Positions 12,499-24,934 of a DNA stretch of 64,000 nt are shown here, piece by piece; positions within the stretch are counted from its first letter, which is position 1, and each line of letters begins with the position of its first letter. Under the pieces are notes generated by a model, which ran no database searches, had not been told where the DNA came from, and worked only from the letters and a program-made list of their open reading frames with translations. This stretch comes from Amoebophrya sp. A120 (Eukaryota > Protista > Dinoflagellata). The stretch spans positions 12,894,635 through 12,958,634 of the forward strand of contig CAJINV010000001.1 of the NCBI GenBank assembly GCA_905178155.1. The letters are read 5' to 3'. Position numbers and translations under genes: made by a program.

Positions 12499-14385
12499 CT
12501 CATGCTGGCAACTTCGTCGGCTTCGAAGCCCATAACTTTTTGTAGCAGGTCGGCATTGTCGCTGCGCTCGCGGAGTGTTAAGTTGCTTATCCTACGAAAA
12601 AATCCCCCTCGTCCTCGCGCTCACTTTGTAAATCTCCAGTATGCAATTGCAAGTCCATTAAGTATATGACAATGTCGCACCAATGTCTATGTCAACATTG
12701 TCAGTATAAGTAGTGAAAATCAACATGTTCGGAGGTCGCCTCTAGTTGTTCTAGCTGAGCGAGTCCAAGTCAAAATCAATACCTACCTTGCACCTGCGCA
12801 TTTCTTCCTTGTAAATCTAAATTGCTGAGGGCGACGAGGGTGATTCTACATAGCATATTGTTCAGCGCGGACCGCTCGTCCGATCGTTGCAACAGCCGGA
12901 GCTGTTCGAGTAAAAATTTAGTCGGACCTATGAAAAGGGAAAGCGCTATCACTATCGTCGGTAGAAGTTTATTGTGACGCGTTTTCATTTATGCAATAAG
13001 GTTCGACCTGCTCTATCTAGACCTTACAGATAAGAAACTCTCTATGCGTATGCCGTGACCGCATCCGGTCCGACATTTTCATATTGTACTAATTTGTGCC
13101 TGAAGTAGACCAGTCATGCTTAGCCTTGCTTCCACCAGCAGTAGTGATAGATTCACTATAGAAGTGCGTTTCGTTTACGTTTTCATAAGATCTTTTTCTG
13201 CCGAGCTGTCGAAGGCCTCTTCGAGCAAATCCAGGAACTCCAGTATCAAAAGGAAAAATCCCCCCTCCCCATATCAAAGCGGAAATCTGTGATGCAGATT
13301 TGTTGTCACAAATCAGCTTTCTCATGCTACACGGGAAAAGATGCGGACTGTAGTGCTGGGTGCCGTGGTCAAGCCTTGCATCTTCAGCATGATAGGAGGC
13401 AGCTGAGAGCGGGAAACGGCGTGACAAATTGCCTGCAAACGAGGCCACGACTGCGGCTCTTGGCCTTCTAGCATGACAAGTCGATTTGTGACCTCAAATA
13501 CAGCATCACAAATTTCGTTTTCGATATGGGGAGGGGGGATTTTTCCATTCGATATCCAGCGTGAGCCGCTCCTCCACGCTCCCGCCGTCCAGAGAAGAAG
13601 CGTAGTACTGGGACCTCTTCTTTCCGCGTCGAAATTCACTATCCCTTACAAACACTTTCAGCCCGAAGTCTGGGAGCGCACACAGTGTGTAAACACAGCT
13701 TCACGAGCTCTGGTGCTGTGAACTGATACTAAAAAGACCACCAGGCTCAGCTTTGAGATCACAGCAACGCTTCAATTCATCATTATCATCTCTATACAGA
13801 CAAAATTCTGACCAGGGGCTGCCTTTCGCTGTCATTTCTTCATTGCTCTCTCGTTATCAATATCATGCATCGGTCTTCCACATGCATTTTCATGTGACCG
13901 CACATGGCGTATTTGGGGTTTTCACATTGTGACGGACCCCCACGACTGAGACCATCGTGTTTGCAATGCATAATCGCGCTGGGCCTGCAAAACCTCGCGG
14001 TGGTCGTAAAAGAGGACGAATCCGATCAGGAACGAGACGAAACAACGGAACGGCTTATGCAATGCAAATATTATGCTCCAGTTCCCGAATTGGTAGACCC
14101 TAAGAGGTAGAAAGAAACTGCATCATTTTTTGAGAGAAATACAACAATAAGCATAGAGAAGTAAACTCAATACTTCCTCAATCACAATCGAATCAAACCT
14201 AGATCGATCAGTTGTTTTGCTTTGAATTTGCTTTGCGAACAGTCACACATGCATTGCCGCTAATTGCGTTTTTCTTTTTCAGTTGCTTCTTTATAGAAAG
14301 ACGAATTCGCACACGGGAGCATATATATATTTTGTATTTCATACGACTTTCGCAACTGGTAAAACCTCTCCTCGGTCAGGGCGAT
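12499..14385 (-). CDS. Internal exons of an unknown protein split by at least five consecutive TIR introns
   Basis: Element+5 removal gives the continuous read EERFYQLRKS-FRCFVSFLIGFVLFYDHREVLQAQR(D/E)-FRRGKKRSQYYASSLDGGSVEERLTLE-FLDLLEEAFDSSAEKD-(P/L)TKFLLEQLRLLQRSDERSALNN-LTLRERSDNADLLQKVMGFEADEVASM. Start and stop not determined. Confidence 0.75.
12588..12857. mobile_element. TIR introner
   Basis: TATCCTACGAAAAAATCCCCCTCGTC vs reverse complement TATGCTATGTAGAATCACCCTCGTC; flanks TTGCT/TTGTT. Confidence 0.85.
12929..13187. mobile_element. Degenerate TIR introner
   Basis: TATGAAAA...TTTTCATA plus subterminal CTATCACTA inverted repeat; flanks GGACC/AGATC; frame restored. Confidence 0.7.
13244..13554. 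mobile_element. TIR introner, family B
   Basis: TATCAAAAGGAAAAATCCCCCCTCCCCATATC...GATATGGGGAGGGGGGATTTTTCCATTCGATA; perfect direct repeat TCCAG. Confidence 0.95.
13640..13972. mobile_element. Degenerate TIR introner
   Basis: TATCCCTTACAAACAC vs reverse complement TATGCATTGCAAACAC; flanks TTCAC/ATCGC; frame restored. Confidence 0.75.
14056..14343. mobile_element. TIR introner
   Basis: TATGCAATGCAAATATTATGCTCC vs reverse complement TATGAAATACAAAATATATATATGCTCC; flanks CGGCT/CGACT. Confidence 0.85.
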
Positions 14386-17076
14386 GTGAAAGGAACTGTT
14401 GTAGTTACGGTTACTGCCTCGCCGCGTTCCACCACTGGCCAACATGATTTTGAATCTGATGCAGTTGATGCTTCGTCGATCTTTCGCAGAAATAGAAATT
14501 CAATTCCTTCAATAAATCCTTCTTAAATGGTGCTGCGATCCTATGTTGGTTTTGAAAAAAACAAATCGAGACAGAGAGGGCCTCATCGTCTAAATCAAAA
14601 TCTGGATAAAGAGAGAGAGCCATGATTTCAGTTCTTGATGGTACGTAAGTAGAATTCCATAATCTCATTTTGCCACTACTTACATACGCCTAATCCACCC
14701 TAATCGTAAATGAATCAAAACACAGGGAAAAGAACAAATATCAATGAGGGAATGGATTCAGTTTCAGGACGCGGGCTTCGCGGCTGGGAAAAAGAGAATG
14801 GATTAGGGAGGCTTCAAGAAGTCTTGGTGAAATACGATGGCAGAGCGCACGAAGCTTTAATTTACTAGTAATAGGTCTGCGGAGAGTGACACCAATCACA
14901 ATGGCAGAATTGGAAGTGAGTCATCTGCGTCATTTGCACGATTGAATTCGAAAGAACGATGGAAAACACAATTGAATTGCGACGATTGTTGTACGGTACT
15001 AACATATAGATACACGTCATTCGCTGCTCTATACTTTGAAGCCCTTGCTGTAATCGGATCAACGATTCGGATTCGGACGACGATAAGAAAATGCAGTGGC
15101 GCAGACGATGGCGCGCTTCTCGTCAGGATACGCAACCGATGAAGTTTACCTCAACGGCGCCGAAATATAGCAATGAATGACTACACCAATTCGGTCATAT
15201 CTGACACTGCTTGCAATATCTATGCATACCTTCAGAAAACCCCCCGCCCGGGTGATCACTTCAGGAACAACATTGGGTTTGAGTGGGCGACCGACGAAAA
15301 ACCGAATTAAGGGAGTGCCGGCCTGTGCACAGAATTTGTCAAAAACGAAAACGCAAAAACGAATAAGGAAGTGATGTGATTGTGAGCGAACGTGCGCAGA
15401 CCTTGCTGCTGGATAGATACACTTCGCATGCTGCTGCGCATCGGGCCGTGGCCGAGGATCATGGTCCTTCGAAGGCTAGTAGCTAGAAACATACGAGCTA
15501 CTGCTACATTTGAGACATTTTGCTGCCCTGTTCGTGTTTGTTGTAAGGCTCTGATACATAGCAAGTGCCTCAAAGAATGGCGCACCCGGCTGACGGACAG
15601 CGCGTTGCATCTCTTTCGCTCCAACAGCATCGGCGTCTCTTTCGTTGACTTGTTCTAGTGGGACGGCGTGCTTCTTTTGTGTGCGCCATTTCTCACACTT
15701 CTGCGTTCTTCCCGACACCTTCTTCGCGACAGCCTTGGACTACAACTGCATTGCGTTTTTGTGGTCATCGCCTTAGACGTGAATTCAAAAAAAAAAAGTG
15801 TCACACTTTGTCCTGCACTTGAAGATCCTAAAGCAGTTGATTTCGTCCGGTATGCCGCTTTTCGCGGCAAAGAAAGAAACACTTTCTCATTTCTCGTGCA
15901 TTCGGTTTAATAAAAAGTAAGAAGCGCATTTTCACACTCAGGCCGCCTGTCGCATTCTACTTGTGGACGGAAAGGCGGGCGAAGCCAAGGGGTAAATGGG
16001 CGAGCAGCCCCATCAGCAGGTGCGCTGTTTCCACTAGGTGGTGCGCTTGCAGATGCAGCCGGTTACTTCCTACGAGTGAAGGGGCGAGTAAGTAGAAGCC
16101 CCACTAGCTTTCCTACACGTTGCCGGCTTCGGCGTCGACTATAATTGGAGGGCAACATCACACTAAGACTAGGACTAGCGCAGTGCGCCACCGGGGGAAC
16201 TCCGGTGAGGAAAAATCGACGTCAGTCGCGGCTGCTGACACGCGGCGCTAGAGTTCCGCCATCAGTGCTGACACGAACTCTGCTTGTGGGCTTTTGGCCG
16301 AGATTCCTGTATACTTCTTTCTTTCAAAGGCTTCGTATATCGATTGGCTACACCAGCTTCACCTGAAGCTGAAGCAAATATGTTACTGCTGCTGCTACAT
16401 TGCTGAAGCTAGAACTAGAAGGACCTACAAGGCGCCTGCGTGTTCCCTCCCAAACGCAGGACCTTCAACAACTTCCGCGTTCTCATCATGGACATCTTCT
16501 AGCCTCTTCATGGTATCGCGAAGGAGGTTAAAGAAAGGCGGGGGGCCGCTCCCCTGTTCAGGATCGATCTGTAGGCGCAACTTCAGAACGAAGGGGAGGT
16601 AGGCTTTCGTGTCCAATTTCGTGTAGGAACTTGTTCAGAGTTTCTTCCTTGTAGTCTCCTGCGCAATCACAATCAATGCAATGCACTTAGATGTGCCATG
16701 TACTTGCAGCACTTCCATATTTTCTATGAGTTTACAGCTATACCTTTTCGTCTTTCATCGTCACTACTCGGCGTTGCTCTACGTGGGTTTGCGTTCGGTG
16801 GCCCTACTTTATGCTAGAGGCGTCCCTCATCATCATCGTCATCATGTAGCTTGCGCGGGGTATTGTGGAACGGGTTAAAAAAAGGGGCCTGTCCACATGT
16901 TCACGCTTCGTTCTCTAAGATTGGCGAAGTATCGATATCGACCGTCTTGAGACGGTAATTATATCTTGCTTGAGGCAGTAGCTTCTACCATCATCATGAT
17001 TTTGTTCGTCTTCGTTGTCCTCGCGACCAGCTGTCGTCACTGCTACGCTCATGGTCGCCCCCCGCTCTCGGCTCTC

Positions 17077-17706
17077 TTACTTTGGAGGACCTATGTATGC
17101 TTTCACTTCTTCGTGGAGTTTCTGAAGCTTGTCGAGTACACCATCCTCGAACTCATTGGGTAGGGTCCTGTAGCCGATATTGCTTTCAGATGGTGGTTCC
17201 TCTGGTGGCCACACGCTCGCGTCCGCGCGTCGGTTGGCGCGTTGGTGTCCGCCCCGGCCGTGCTGGTTTGCGGTGTGTGTGTCGGGTTCAGCTCCAGTCT
17301 TTTGAAAGTGTTCGGCGTAATGCAATAGCTTCCCTACCACGTCTCGGATCTGAAGTTCGGACTGTCCAGGCTGTTCCCAGACAAAACGTAGTTGCTGCAC
17401 AGACTGACGCATCTTCATCACATGCCACTGGTCTTTCGACCAAACGTAGCCCCCAGTCCGAGTAGTAGCGCTTTGTTTGTCATGCCACTCGTTATATAGA
17501 TCGCGCTGCATCTTCACCTCCTCTAGCGAAGATGGGAAATCGTCAAGACAAGGGAGGCCCTCGTGTTTTTGTTCACGGCGCTGGCCGTAGACGATTTTAT
17601 TGATAAGCGCGGCTATGGTTCTCGGCCCCGCGCCCAGAATCTCCTTCGCCAGTTCCGCTACGGCTTTGCCTAGCTCCTTCAAGTAGGTTTTCGCTTGCGC
17701 GCGCAT
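17077..17706 (-). CDS. Orphan ORF or gene remnant in the degenerate island
   Basis: 209 aa of natural-looking protein (MRAQAKTYLKELGKAVAELAKEIL...); the upstream part of the ORF is GC-rich and not protein-like; no recognised domain. Confidence 0.45.
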   Translation of the reverse strand: MRAQAKTYLKELGKAVAELAKEILGAGPRTIAALINKIVYGQRREQKHEGLPCLDDFPSSLEEVKMQRDLYNEWHDKQSATTRTGGYVWSKDQWHVMKMRQSVQQLRFVWEQPGQSELQIRDVVGKLLHYAEHFQKTGAEPDTHTANQHGRGGHQRANRRADASVWPPEEPPSESNIGYRTLPNEFEDGVLDKLQKLHEEVKAYIGPPK

Positions 17707-20326
17707 TTGTGTTTGTCTTTGTATGTAAAATCTTGGACGCACATGAAACGAGGCCGGGGGAGGTTGCGCAACCCCAATCGCAGCCGGGAAGAAGCTTGAA
17801 ATCGAATTTCGCAGAAGGATTAGCAATACAACAATGGCCGAAAAGAGGTCCAGAAATCCGGGCAGGACAAAAAGATACGAGTCCGCCCGTGGCAGGGGGG
17901 TCCTGGACCCCCCAACCCGCCCCCGGGGCCCCCTTTCCCCCAGGGCATTGCCATTGAGGCGGAGCCCCTGCGGGCCAGGACCCAACTTAATATCTTCGCG
18001 AAAAACATACATCACGGGAAAAGGGGCGGACGGGGCGCACGCTCGCGGCGCTGGAGGGGAAGCGCACCCAAACTGTTTTCTATATACATAGTCCCGAGCG
18101 GGCGCTGTCTATCTTCGGCACGCATGCCCTCTCAAGGAAATTTGGCCCGCCCGCGAGGAGAAAGCGCCGAAAGCGCAGGAGCGCGCCGCCCGGCGAAAGG
18201 ATTCCACCCCAGCAAAGGCGCCCGGGGCGGCTGGGGCAACCGCGCGCCCGCGGTCGGTTAACTTAAACTTGCCAAGGCTGGCGGGGGGTCCGGGGAAAAT
18301 AAAACTTACGGGGGCCGGCTTGCCTGCGGGACAGTCCGACAGGGACATGCAGAGCGCGCGCGCGAATCTAGCTGGCCGAGGTCTTGCCCGGGCGGAAATC
18401 CAAGCCAAGTAGTAGTAGTCGTCACCATTTAACCCCGGGCGGGCAGGCGAGGTGTCAGAACAGACCTGGCCTCTACCAATACCTGGGCGCTAGAACAGGC
18501 TTGGCCTCTGCAAATGCCCCTAGGTGGGCACCCGTTCCACTTCCTACGGGCACCACCCGACCACATCAGCCGAACGGAACCGCCTCCGATGGATTTCTTA
18601 CGCGTGCTTACGGTCAATGTGCGCTAGATGTTGCCGGCCCGCCTTACCACCGAAGCCCTGAAGCCATCCCATGCGCTTTTTTGTGATTGATTGCGCGCCA
18701 AAATAAACAGGGGGCCGATGGTCGCACTCATTGGCCCTATCGCGATGGATCGATGACGGAGGCCGGGACAACCCCAAGGCAGGCCCCTTCCAGGCACTTC
18801 TTCGGCCGGCTTGTTCTGCGCGCCCTTTTTATGCAAGCACGTCATAGCCTAGGCGGGCGCGCGAGATAGTGCGCGCCGGCCCCGGAGTCGTCAAGCTTAC
18901 TTTCTGTGACTAGTTGGCTGAGTATCTGCCTGGGCACACAGCCCCAAAAATTGATGTGAAGCGAGGCAGGCGCCGCCTGTTAGAAGTTAGCTTTGGTAAA
19001 CAATGGCCGGCTTTGCGGCTCGCTGCAATCTTCCAAAGCAAACAAAACGCTGCCGCTGGCTTTGTTTCTTATTCTTTTGAATAAGGTCAACGGCGCGCCA
19101 CCTGGCTGCCCAGCCCTCCCCCGGGAAGGACAAAAACACGGGAGACAGGCCGAACAGGAGAAGAAGATAGAAGGGGCCCTTGCCCCCTTCTAGCGGGGGG
19201 GCCTTTGGGGGGCCCCCTGGGGGTCCTGTGGGGCCCTCCTTCCCTTGGTGGCCCTTGGGACGGCGGGCCCGGGGGTGGGCCCCTCCGCGCACCCGCGTGC
19301 TGCGTCGGTGCTTTGCGGTAACGCGGGCTTTCCACGCTGCGTTCTGTCGGTATTAATTCGCACGGCGCTTCCCCGGCCCTCCCCTTTCTTTCTTTCTTTG
19401 CGGCGGCCGAAGGCCACCGGCCGCGGGGCCGCTTGCGCTAGGAAGATACTTGCGTGGGTTTAGGGTTTCGGGTTCTGGTCCTACGGTTTAGCCTGCCTGT
19501 CTCTGGCCCCGGCGTCCGTGCTGCAATGTTTGCGGCCGCGCGCGTTGCTTTGCCCTTTTGGGCCGCCGAAGACCGCCGGCCACAGAATCGCTCATCTGTC
19601 ACCCGCCCAAAGTTGGAACTATGGGCCTCGGCCGTAGCCAAGGGCATGTCAAGGAAACAACAAAGCCCTCTAGGGGCACGCGAAGGGTTGGCGCGGGAAG
19701 CAACACAGCCCAGGCGCAAGCCGGCAGCGCACGGGGATCGGGCGGGCCGGCCGGCTAGGCCAACAAGAGCGAGGGCCGACCGCCCCGCTAGCTACTCGGA
19801 AGCAAACGGCCCGCGTGTAATCCCTTCGCGCCCTTGCGCTATCGGTGTCTCTACTATTTTGAGGCGCGCCTACCTTGCCGTCTCTCTGTCTTTCATTCTC
19901 CCACCGCCGCCGGCGCCATTCTGCGGCGGCGCGGCTGCTCTACCCTACCTGCCTTCGTTCCTGTCCAGACTCCTAGGACCGGTCACCAAGGGGTCGCCCT
20001 AAAGGGCGACCCAGGTCTTGTGCCAATCAATGCGCGGTGCGAAGCGTCGCCGCGCCATGCATAGCTCGCCATAGTCTGAGCGGCAGGGGGGCGGCGCACG
20101 CTACCAGGGCGCGCGGCCCAAACATACATTCGCGCCCCGGGCGGCCGGTCTCGCTTAAAAAACTACATACCGATACGGCGAAAACCAACGCCCCGGGCGG
20201 GGTCGCGCCGCCTCATGTGTCTCACGCGTGAGACCGCCCGGCGGGGGGCAACCCGCGCGCTGGCGTCACGCAATCAAACAAGGCAGCAGATCCCGGCCTG
20301 GGATCAATCTGCCGGGGCTAGTGTAC

Positions 20327-20872
20327 TTAGCAAGCTTCGCTATAACCCGGCGGGTGAAGGATCTGCCGCCGGGATCGAATGGTTTTGGTGCGTGAGACCG
20401 GTCTCACGCGTGTGCGAGACACATAAAGCGGCGCGGCCCCACCAAAAATGCTTCTCCATAGCGTAGGCACTCGGGCTCTTGATTTCAGAACGCGGCGGGC
20501 CATGTTGTCGAGCTTGGAACGGAGCTCGAAGCGTTTGGGGTCTTCTGGAAGAACCGGAAACCTCGCCCAACCCCATGTGGTCCGAGTGGCCCCATGTTTG
20601 TGCCATGCGTATCTTTCATGTCGCCTCCCGTGGTTGCCCCTGTGGCCATCATTTTTGACCATCTCCTTGGCATGGGCTAGTTCTTCGGACAGCTCGTGGC
20701 AAGTTTCCTTGAGTTCTCCTTCTAGATTCCCGAGCACCTCGATGCCACTTATACCCTGGTCCCATCCTTCGTCGACTTCGTCAGCACGTTCCACCGCCCG
20801 TTGCAGCAAAGGCTTAAATGCGTTCCATTTGCTATGCCAAGGCCGGCCCTTCATTTGGTCGAGCCAGGTCAT
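20327..20872 (-). CDS. Orphan ORF or gene remnant in the degenerate island
   Basis: 181-aa helical-looking ORF within GC-rich non-coding sequence; no recognised domain. Confidence 0.4.
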   Translation of the reverse strand: MTWLDQMKGRPWHSKWNAFKPLLQRAVERADEVDEGWDQGISGIEVLGNLEGELKETCHELSEELAHAKEMVKNDGHRGNHGRRHERYAWHKHGATRTTWGWARFPVLPEDPKRFELRSKLDNMARRVLKSRARVPTLWRSIFGGAAPLYVSRTRVRPVSRTKTIRSRRQILHPPGYSEAC

Positions 20873-21833
20873 AACGTTCTGGCCCTCCTGCTGATACGAC
20901 CGGATGAAATTGATTAGGTGCTTGCCCGTGGACCCGATGGCCTTTTCTATCTTTGTACGAAGGTGAAAAGCTGCGCCACACTTAAATCGGAAAGGCCAAA
21001 AGCTGCGACCTTTGGCTGAAAATCCGACGGGGGCCGGCCGGCTTTCGCCTTTCCAAAGAATAAGGTGCGGCGGCGCCCCGCGGCAATGGAAAAAACAAAG
21101 GGCGCGCGCCTCTCAAGAGATAGGCAATAGCTAGAGAACCAGTTGCGTGTTGCTTGGTGTATTTTCTTGGCGCACCACGACAGCACGCGTCAGCGACGTC
21201 GCGCCGCCGGCAAGTTTTAGGAATGGCCGGCCACCAGCAGGCGCGGATAGTTAGCAGTAGCCGCCCCACCCCTCTTCGCACACCGCGCCGGCCCTAGCGA
21301 CCGACCAAACGCGCGGCGGCTCCTTCGCCCCAGACCCCTGCAGGGCGTCAAACAGGGCGCCTGAGATACTCTTTCGGGGCCTAGCTACGCGCGCGCAACA
21401 GGTACACAAGCCCCACAAAACGCCCCCGCGCCCAACCGGGGCGCTTCGCCCACGCACTTTGGCTTTCTCTGGCCACCTGCGCGAGGCGCTTCGCGCTTTT
21501 TCTGCTATTTTTCCGCAAAAAGCCCGGCGGCTTCCATCGCCTCTTTGCGCAAATGTCTGCGAAGTCGAAGTTTGCCTTTGCGAAAGTCTTTCTCTTTCAG
21601 GAAACAAAAAATAAACGTGGATACTCAAGCCGACCGGCTTCTGTCTATTTTTTGGAAGAAGGTTCGCGGTTTGGGTTTTTGATGTGGCTGTGACGCGGCT
21701 TGTCGCATTCATAGTTTTCCAGAGCTTCAAGAGGGTGATGAACAATGTGCGAGGCACCAACCGCAGCACTGTGTGCCACTGCTACCACACGGTGTGCCAG
21801 TTCAGAAGCTTCGTGCAGACTCTTGCCAAACTT

Positions 21834-22937
21834 CTAGAGCTTGAAGAGCCCCGTTGCGATCTTAGTCGCAGACAACAGATTTGGCAATGCAGCCAGCATC
21901 ACCAACGCGGAGCGTTGCTTCACTTGAGTAAAAGACGCGACAGCACCAGCGCCAGTTGCATGCGTTGCGGCGACAATATGGGGCGCCGGGTGCACCACAC
22001 GTTTCCGTAGGGGACCGGCGGCTGGACTGCCGGTAGCACCACAGGAAAGCACATTCGTGCAAAAGCAGCCGTAGTCCGTAAAAGACAGCGCCAGGTGCAG
22101 ATGGGAAGTTGAATTATTGCCGGCTTCGGAAAGCGATTGCGCTGGAACTCCTTGACTAGTTCCATCTCCAACGACGCCCCCGATGTACTCGCCAGCAGCC
22201 GGCGTTTCGAACGAAGGACACAGCAAAGCGAGTGTTTTATTTGCAACCTCGTCCTCCTCCAAAAGATTTGACGCGTCCCTGTCGAGGATAACAAACCTGT
22301 TCAACAACTGAGCCGCGTAGTGCGAAGGCAGAACGTTCAGCGGGAGCAACAGTGCGTTCGTCTCGACGTTGGTCCACTGCACCGCCGTCATGTTCAAACC
22401 AGTTTTGATACGTTCGCCAAGGGTCTTTGCAGCTTGTTTGTGCTGCAGGTACAGCACGTAGTCTTCTTCCAGGTTGCCAGTCAAGACCGGCAATGAGCCG
22501 ACGTTCGCGTAGTCGCTGCTCATCTTCGCCGCGTCGAACATCTCGAATTCTTTCTTCCTCTTTTGCACAAATGATGCTGATAACTGATGCGGAACATTCA
22601 GAAGTAACTCGTCATAAGCTACTTCGTAGGGTGAGGGTGTCCGCGCGTTTTGCGGCTGATCGGTGTCTTCCGTGTCCTGGGCGTAGCGGCCCTGCTCAAC
22701 CTCTACGTCTATCGGCGCCGATGAACCAGCCGCAGTCACGTGCACCTGATCGCGCCGCTGTGTTTGCTCGAGTGCCGCAACGACGATGCTAGAGCCCACG
22801 GCGGCGCTGGTAATTGGTACGGATATGCCAGAGAGGGTTGCCAGGGAACAACTGGAGGCAGTGAGCCCCGATACGACTACAGCGCACGCCGCTGCCAGCT
22901 TTGACCACGTTGCTCCTGCTCTTCTCCTCCGGTTCAT
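21834..22937 (-). CDS. Hypothetical protein with N-terminal hydrophobic segment (secreted or membrane); 3' exon structure unresolved
   Basis: Long ORF; basic N-terminus followed by hydrophobic AAACAVVVSGL...SIVVAAL. Confidence 0.6.
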   Translation of the reverse strand: MNRRRRAGATWSKLAAACAVVVSGLTASSCSLATLSGISVPITSAAVGSSIVVAALEQTQRRDQVHVTAAGSSAPIDVEVEQGRYAQDTEDTDQPQNARTPSPYEVAYDELLLNVPHQLSASFVQKRKKEFEMFDAAKMSSDYANVGSLPVLTGNLEEDYVLYLQHKQAAKTLGERIKTGLNMTAVQWTNVETNALLLPLNVLPSHYAAQLLNRFVILDRDASNLLEEDEVANKTLALLCPSFETPAAGEYIGGVVGDGTSQGVPAQSLSEAGNNSTSHLHLALSFTDYGCFCTNVLSCGATGSPAAGPLRKRVVHPAPHIVAATHATGAGAVASFTQVKQRSALVMLAALPNLLSATKIATGLFKL

Positions 22938-24934
22938 CTCTTCTAGGCTCCCGGGTCGTAGACCTGTGCGTGTCGTTGAATTTGAGCTGCAACAGTTGTG
23001 ATCTAAATCGGTTTTTATCGAAAGTGCGAGGATGACCTGCACGAGCACGACTGCTCTTCTTTTCTAATTATCGAATGATGATGTTGTTGATGCTGATGAT
23101 CTGAAAACCGAGCGCGGACCTGCGCGCGCGTTTTCGAAAGAGGGCTTCTCCACTCACGTCGACATGACCAAGAAACACAGTGCTGCCGCCGTTCGTGCGT
23201 TCCCACCCTCAAAAGCAACGGCAAAGCGGCATCGTTTCCTTTGCTGCGTGTTGCTCCAGTTGTATTCGCTACATTTTTTCAGCGCTACAGCTACTGGACT
23301 TTACTAGGCCGGCGCCGGGGCTAAACTTCTATATGAAAAAATAAAAACATAAGTACCAGGCCTGTCCGTTGTTTCCCCTCGTCGGAGCAAGTCATTGAAG
23401 GAAGGCGCCGCAAATATGTCGATGATGCCGTCACATAGCAAGCTGGCGTCGATGTCGGAATACCCCTCGCAACGCAAGTGCTGCTCAACTTCTTCCCGGC
23501 TGCAATCTAATGCCAGCATCTTCAGCAGCTCGTCCGCGCTATCGGCCGCGGCTATGGAGCGGGGCCAAAAAAAAAAGAACCCTGCCACTGTCATAGAGAC
23601 AACAGCAACAGCACTCTAATGTCACTGGTTATGCGAAAAGGGAAAGAGCAAGAGGCGTCTCCGGCTTCTAATTCTATTTTGTATTCGTGCTGTTGATGTA
23701 GATGTTGTCGCCCTCATCTAAGTCTAACTGCCCGTTTGATATTTTTGCATTACCGGTTAAGTACAACTACCGAGGTGCTAGCGGCTTACTTTGCTTTTTT
23801 TTTCCCTAGCATATTAATGGCCATCAAACGCATTTGGCCGAGAGTTCGGCTGCATATTACCTCTTCGCGGCACAACAACATCGCGGTACTGAAATTCTCT
23901 TCAAATTTGGGAAGCAAAACACTTCTTTTTCAGAGCGCCATTTTTGCTGGAGTCCATTTGCTCCTCATATGATGACATTCTAGCGTGACCGTGAGGCTTC
24001 ACCTCTACCTCAGACGGCGGCACCTATGATACATAATGCAATGAATCAGCGATACACGAAGAAAAGATGCGTAGAGGAGGGAAAGTTAATACAGCTTGAC
24101 GAGCAAAAAAGAAAAAAGATAAGTGTGGGCCTTGACGTTACTGGCCACAAGTGAAATCATGCACACAGCTGCAGTTCAAAGCTTCAGCAGCTTGTTGCGA
24201 ACGGCAGGCAACCAAGAGAAAGCGAGCGCATGCCTCATCGATCGCGGTAATCCGTTGCTCCTTCGCATTTAAAGCAACATGAATTTAATAGATTCTCCTC
24301 CCGCACACTTTCTGTAGTTATAGCTTATTCTTCTTATTTCAAAACAACATTGTTAGATGCTAAAATCTGCGTAGAAATTGTAGTCGGAGCGAGCTGCAAT
24401 TTGTTTGTGATGTGGTGCTTGCCCTTTTTCATCTACCTCTTTCTTTTTGTGTATGACTATGATCCCGCTCGCTGAAAAAACGAATCAACTAAGCTCCGGC
24501 TTTCTTTTGAGAAAGCTTGATGTGTGAGGTAGAGAGCGGAGGACGGAGCTAAACAAGAGCGCAATGACGATGATGAGGATGATGATGAACTCATTTCTGC
24601 TCTGACTCTGGGAACTTACAACTTATCTTTTTGGCAGTTCTGATTGTGCGATGGCGCTTCATGTCGTGACACAACATCAGAAGTATGAAGACGATAATGC
24701 CGCCAGAAAATAAGTCACGCGATCAGATTCGGCTTGTGGCAATCTTTATTCCGACATCACGCTCAGAGACAGTGGCGCGCCCCCCGTGCTCGCACTGCAA
24801 AGTGAGTCATGTGACCATCGATCCTACAATCAATCTCTGCAAGAACGGACATGAAAGCGGATCGGTAGGGGGCTTCCGAAAAACCACTAAAAATTCGTTC
24901 TTTTTCATCACGGCCATGCTGTTGAGCTTAAGAC

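Noticed and set aside
15392-15658. Plus-strand peptide CCKALIHSKCLKEWR resembling the end of a RING-CH finger
   Set aside because: No convincing upstream ligands or gene structure, and opposite to the local orientation; at most a remnant.
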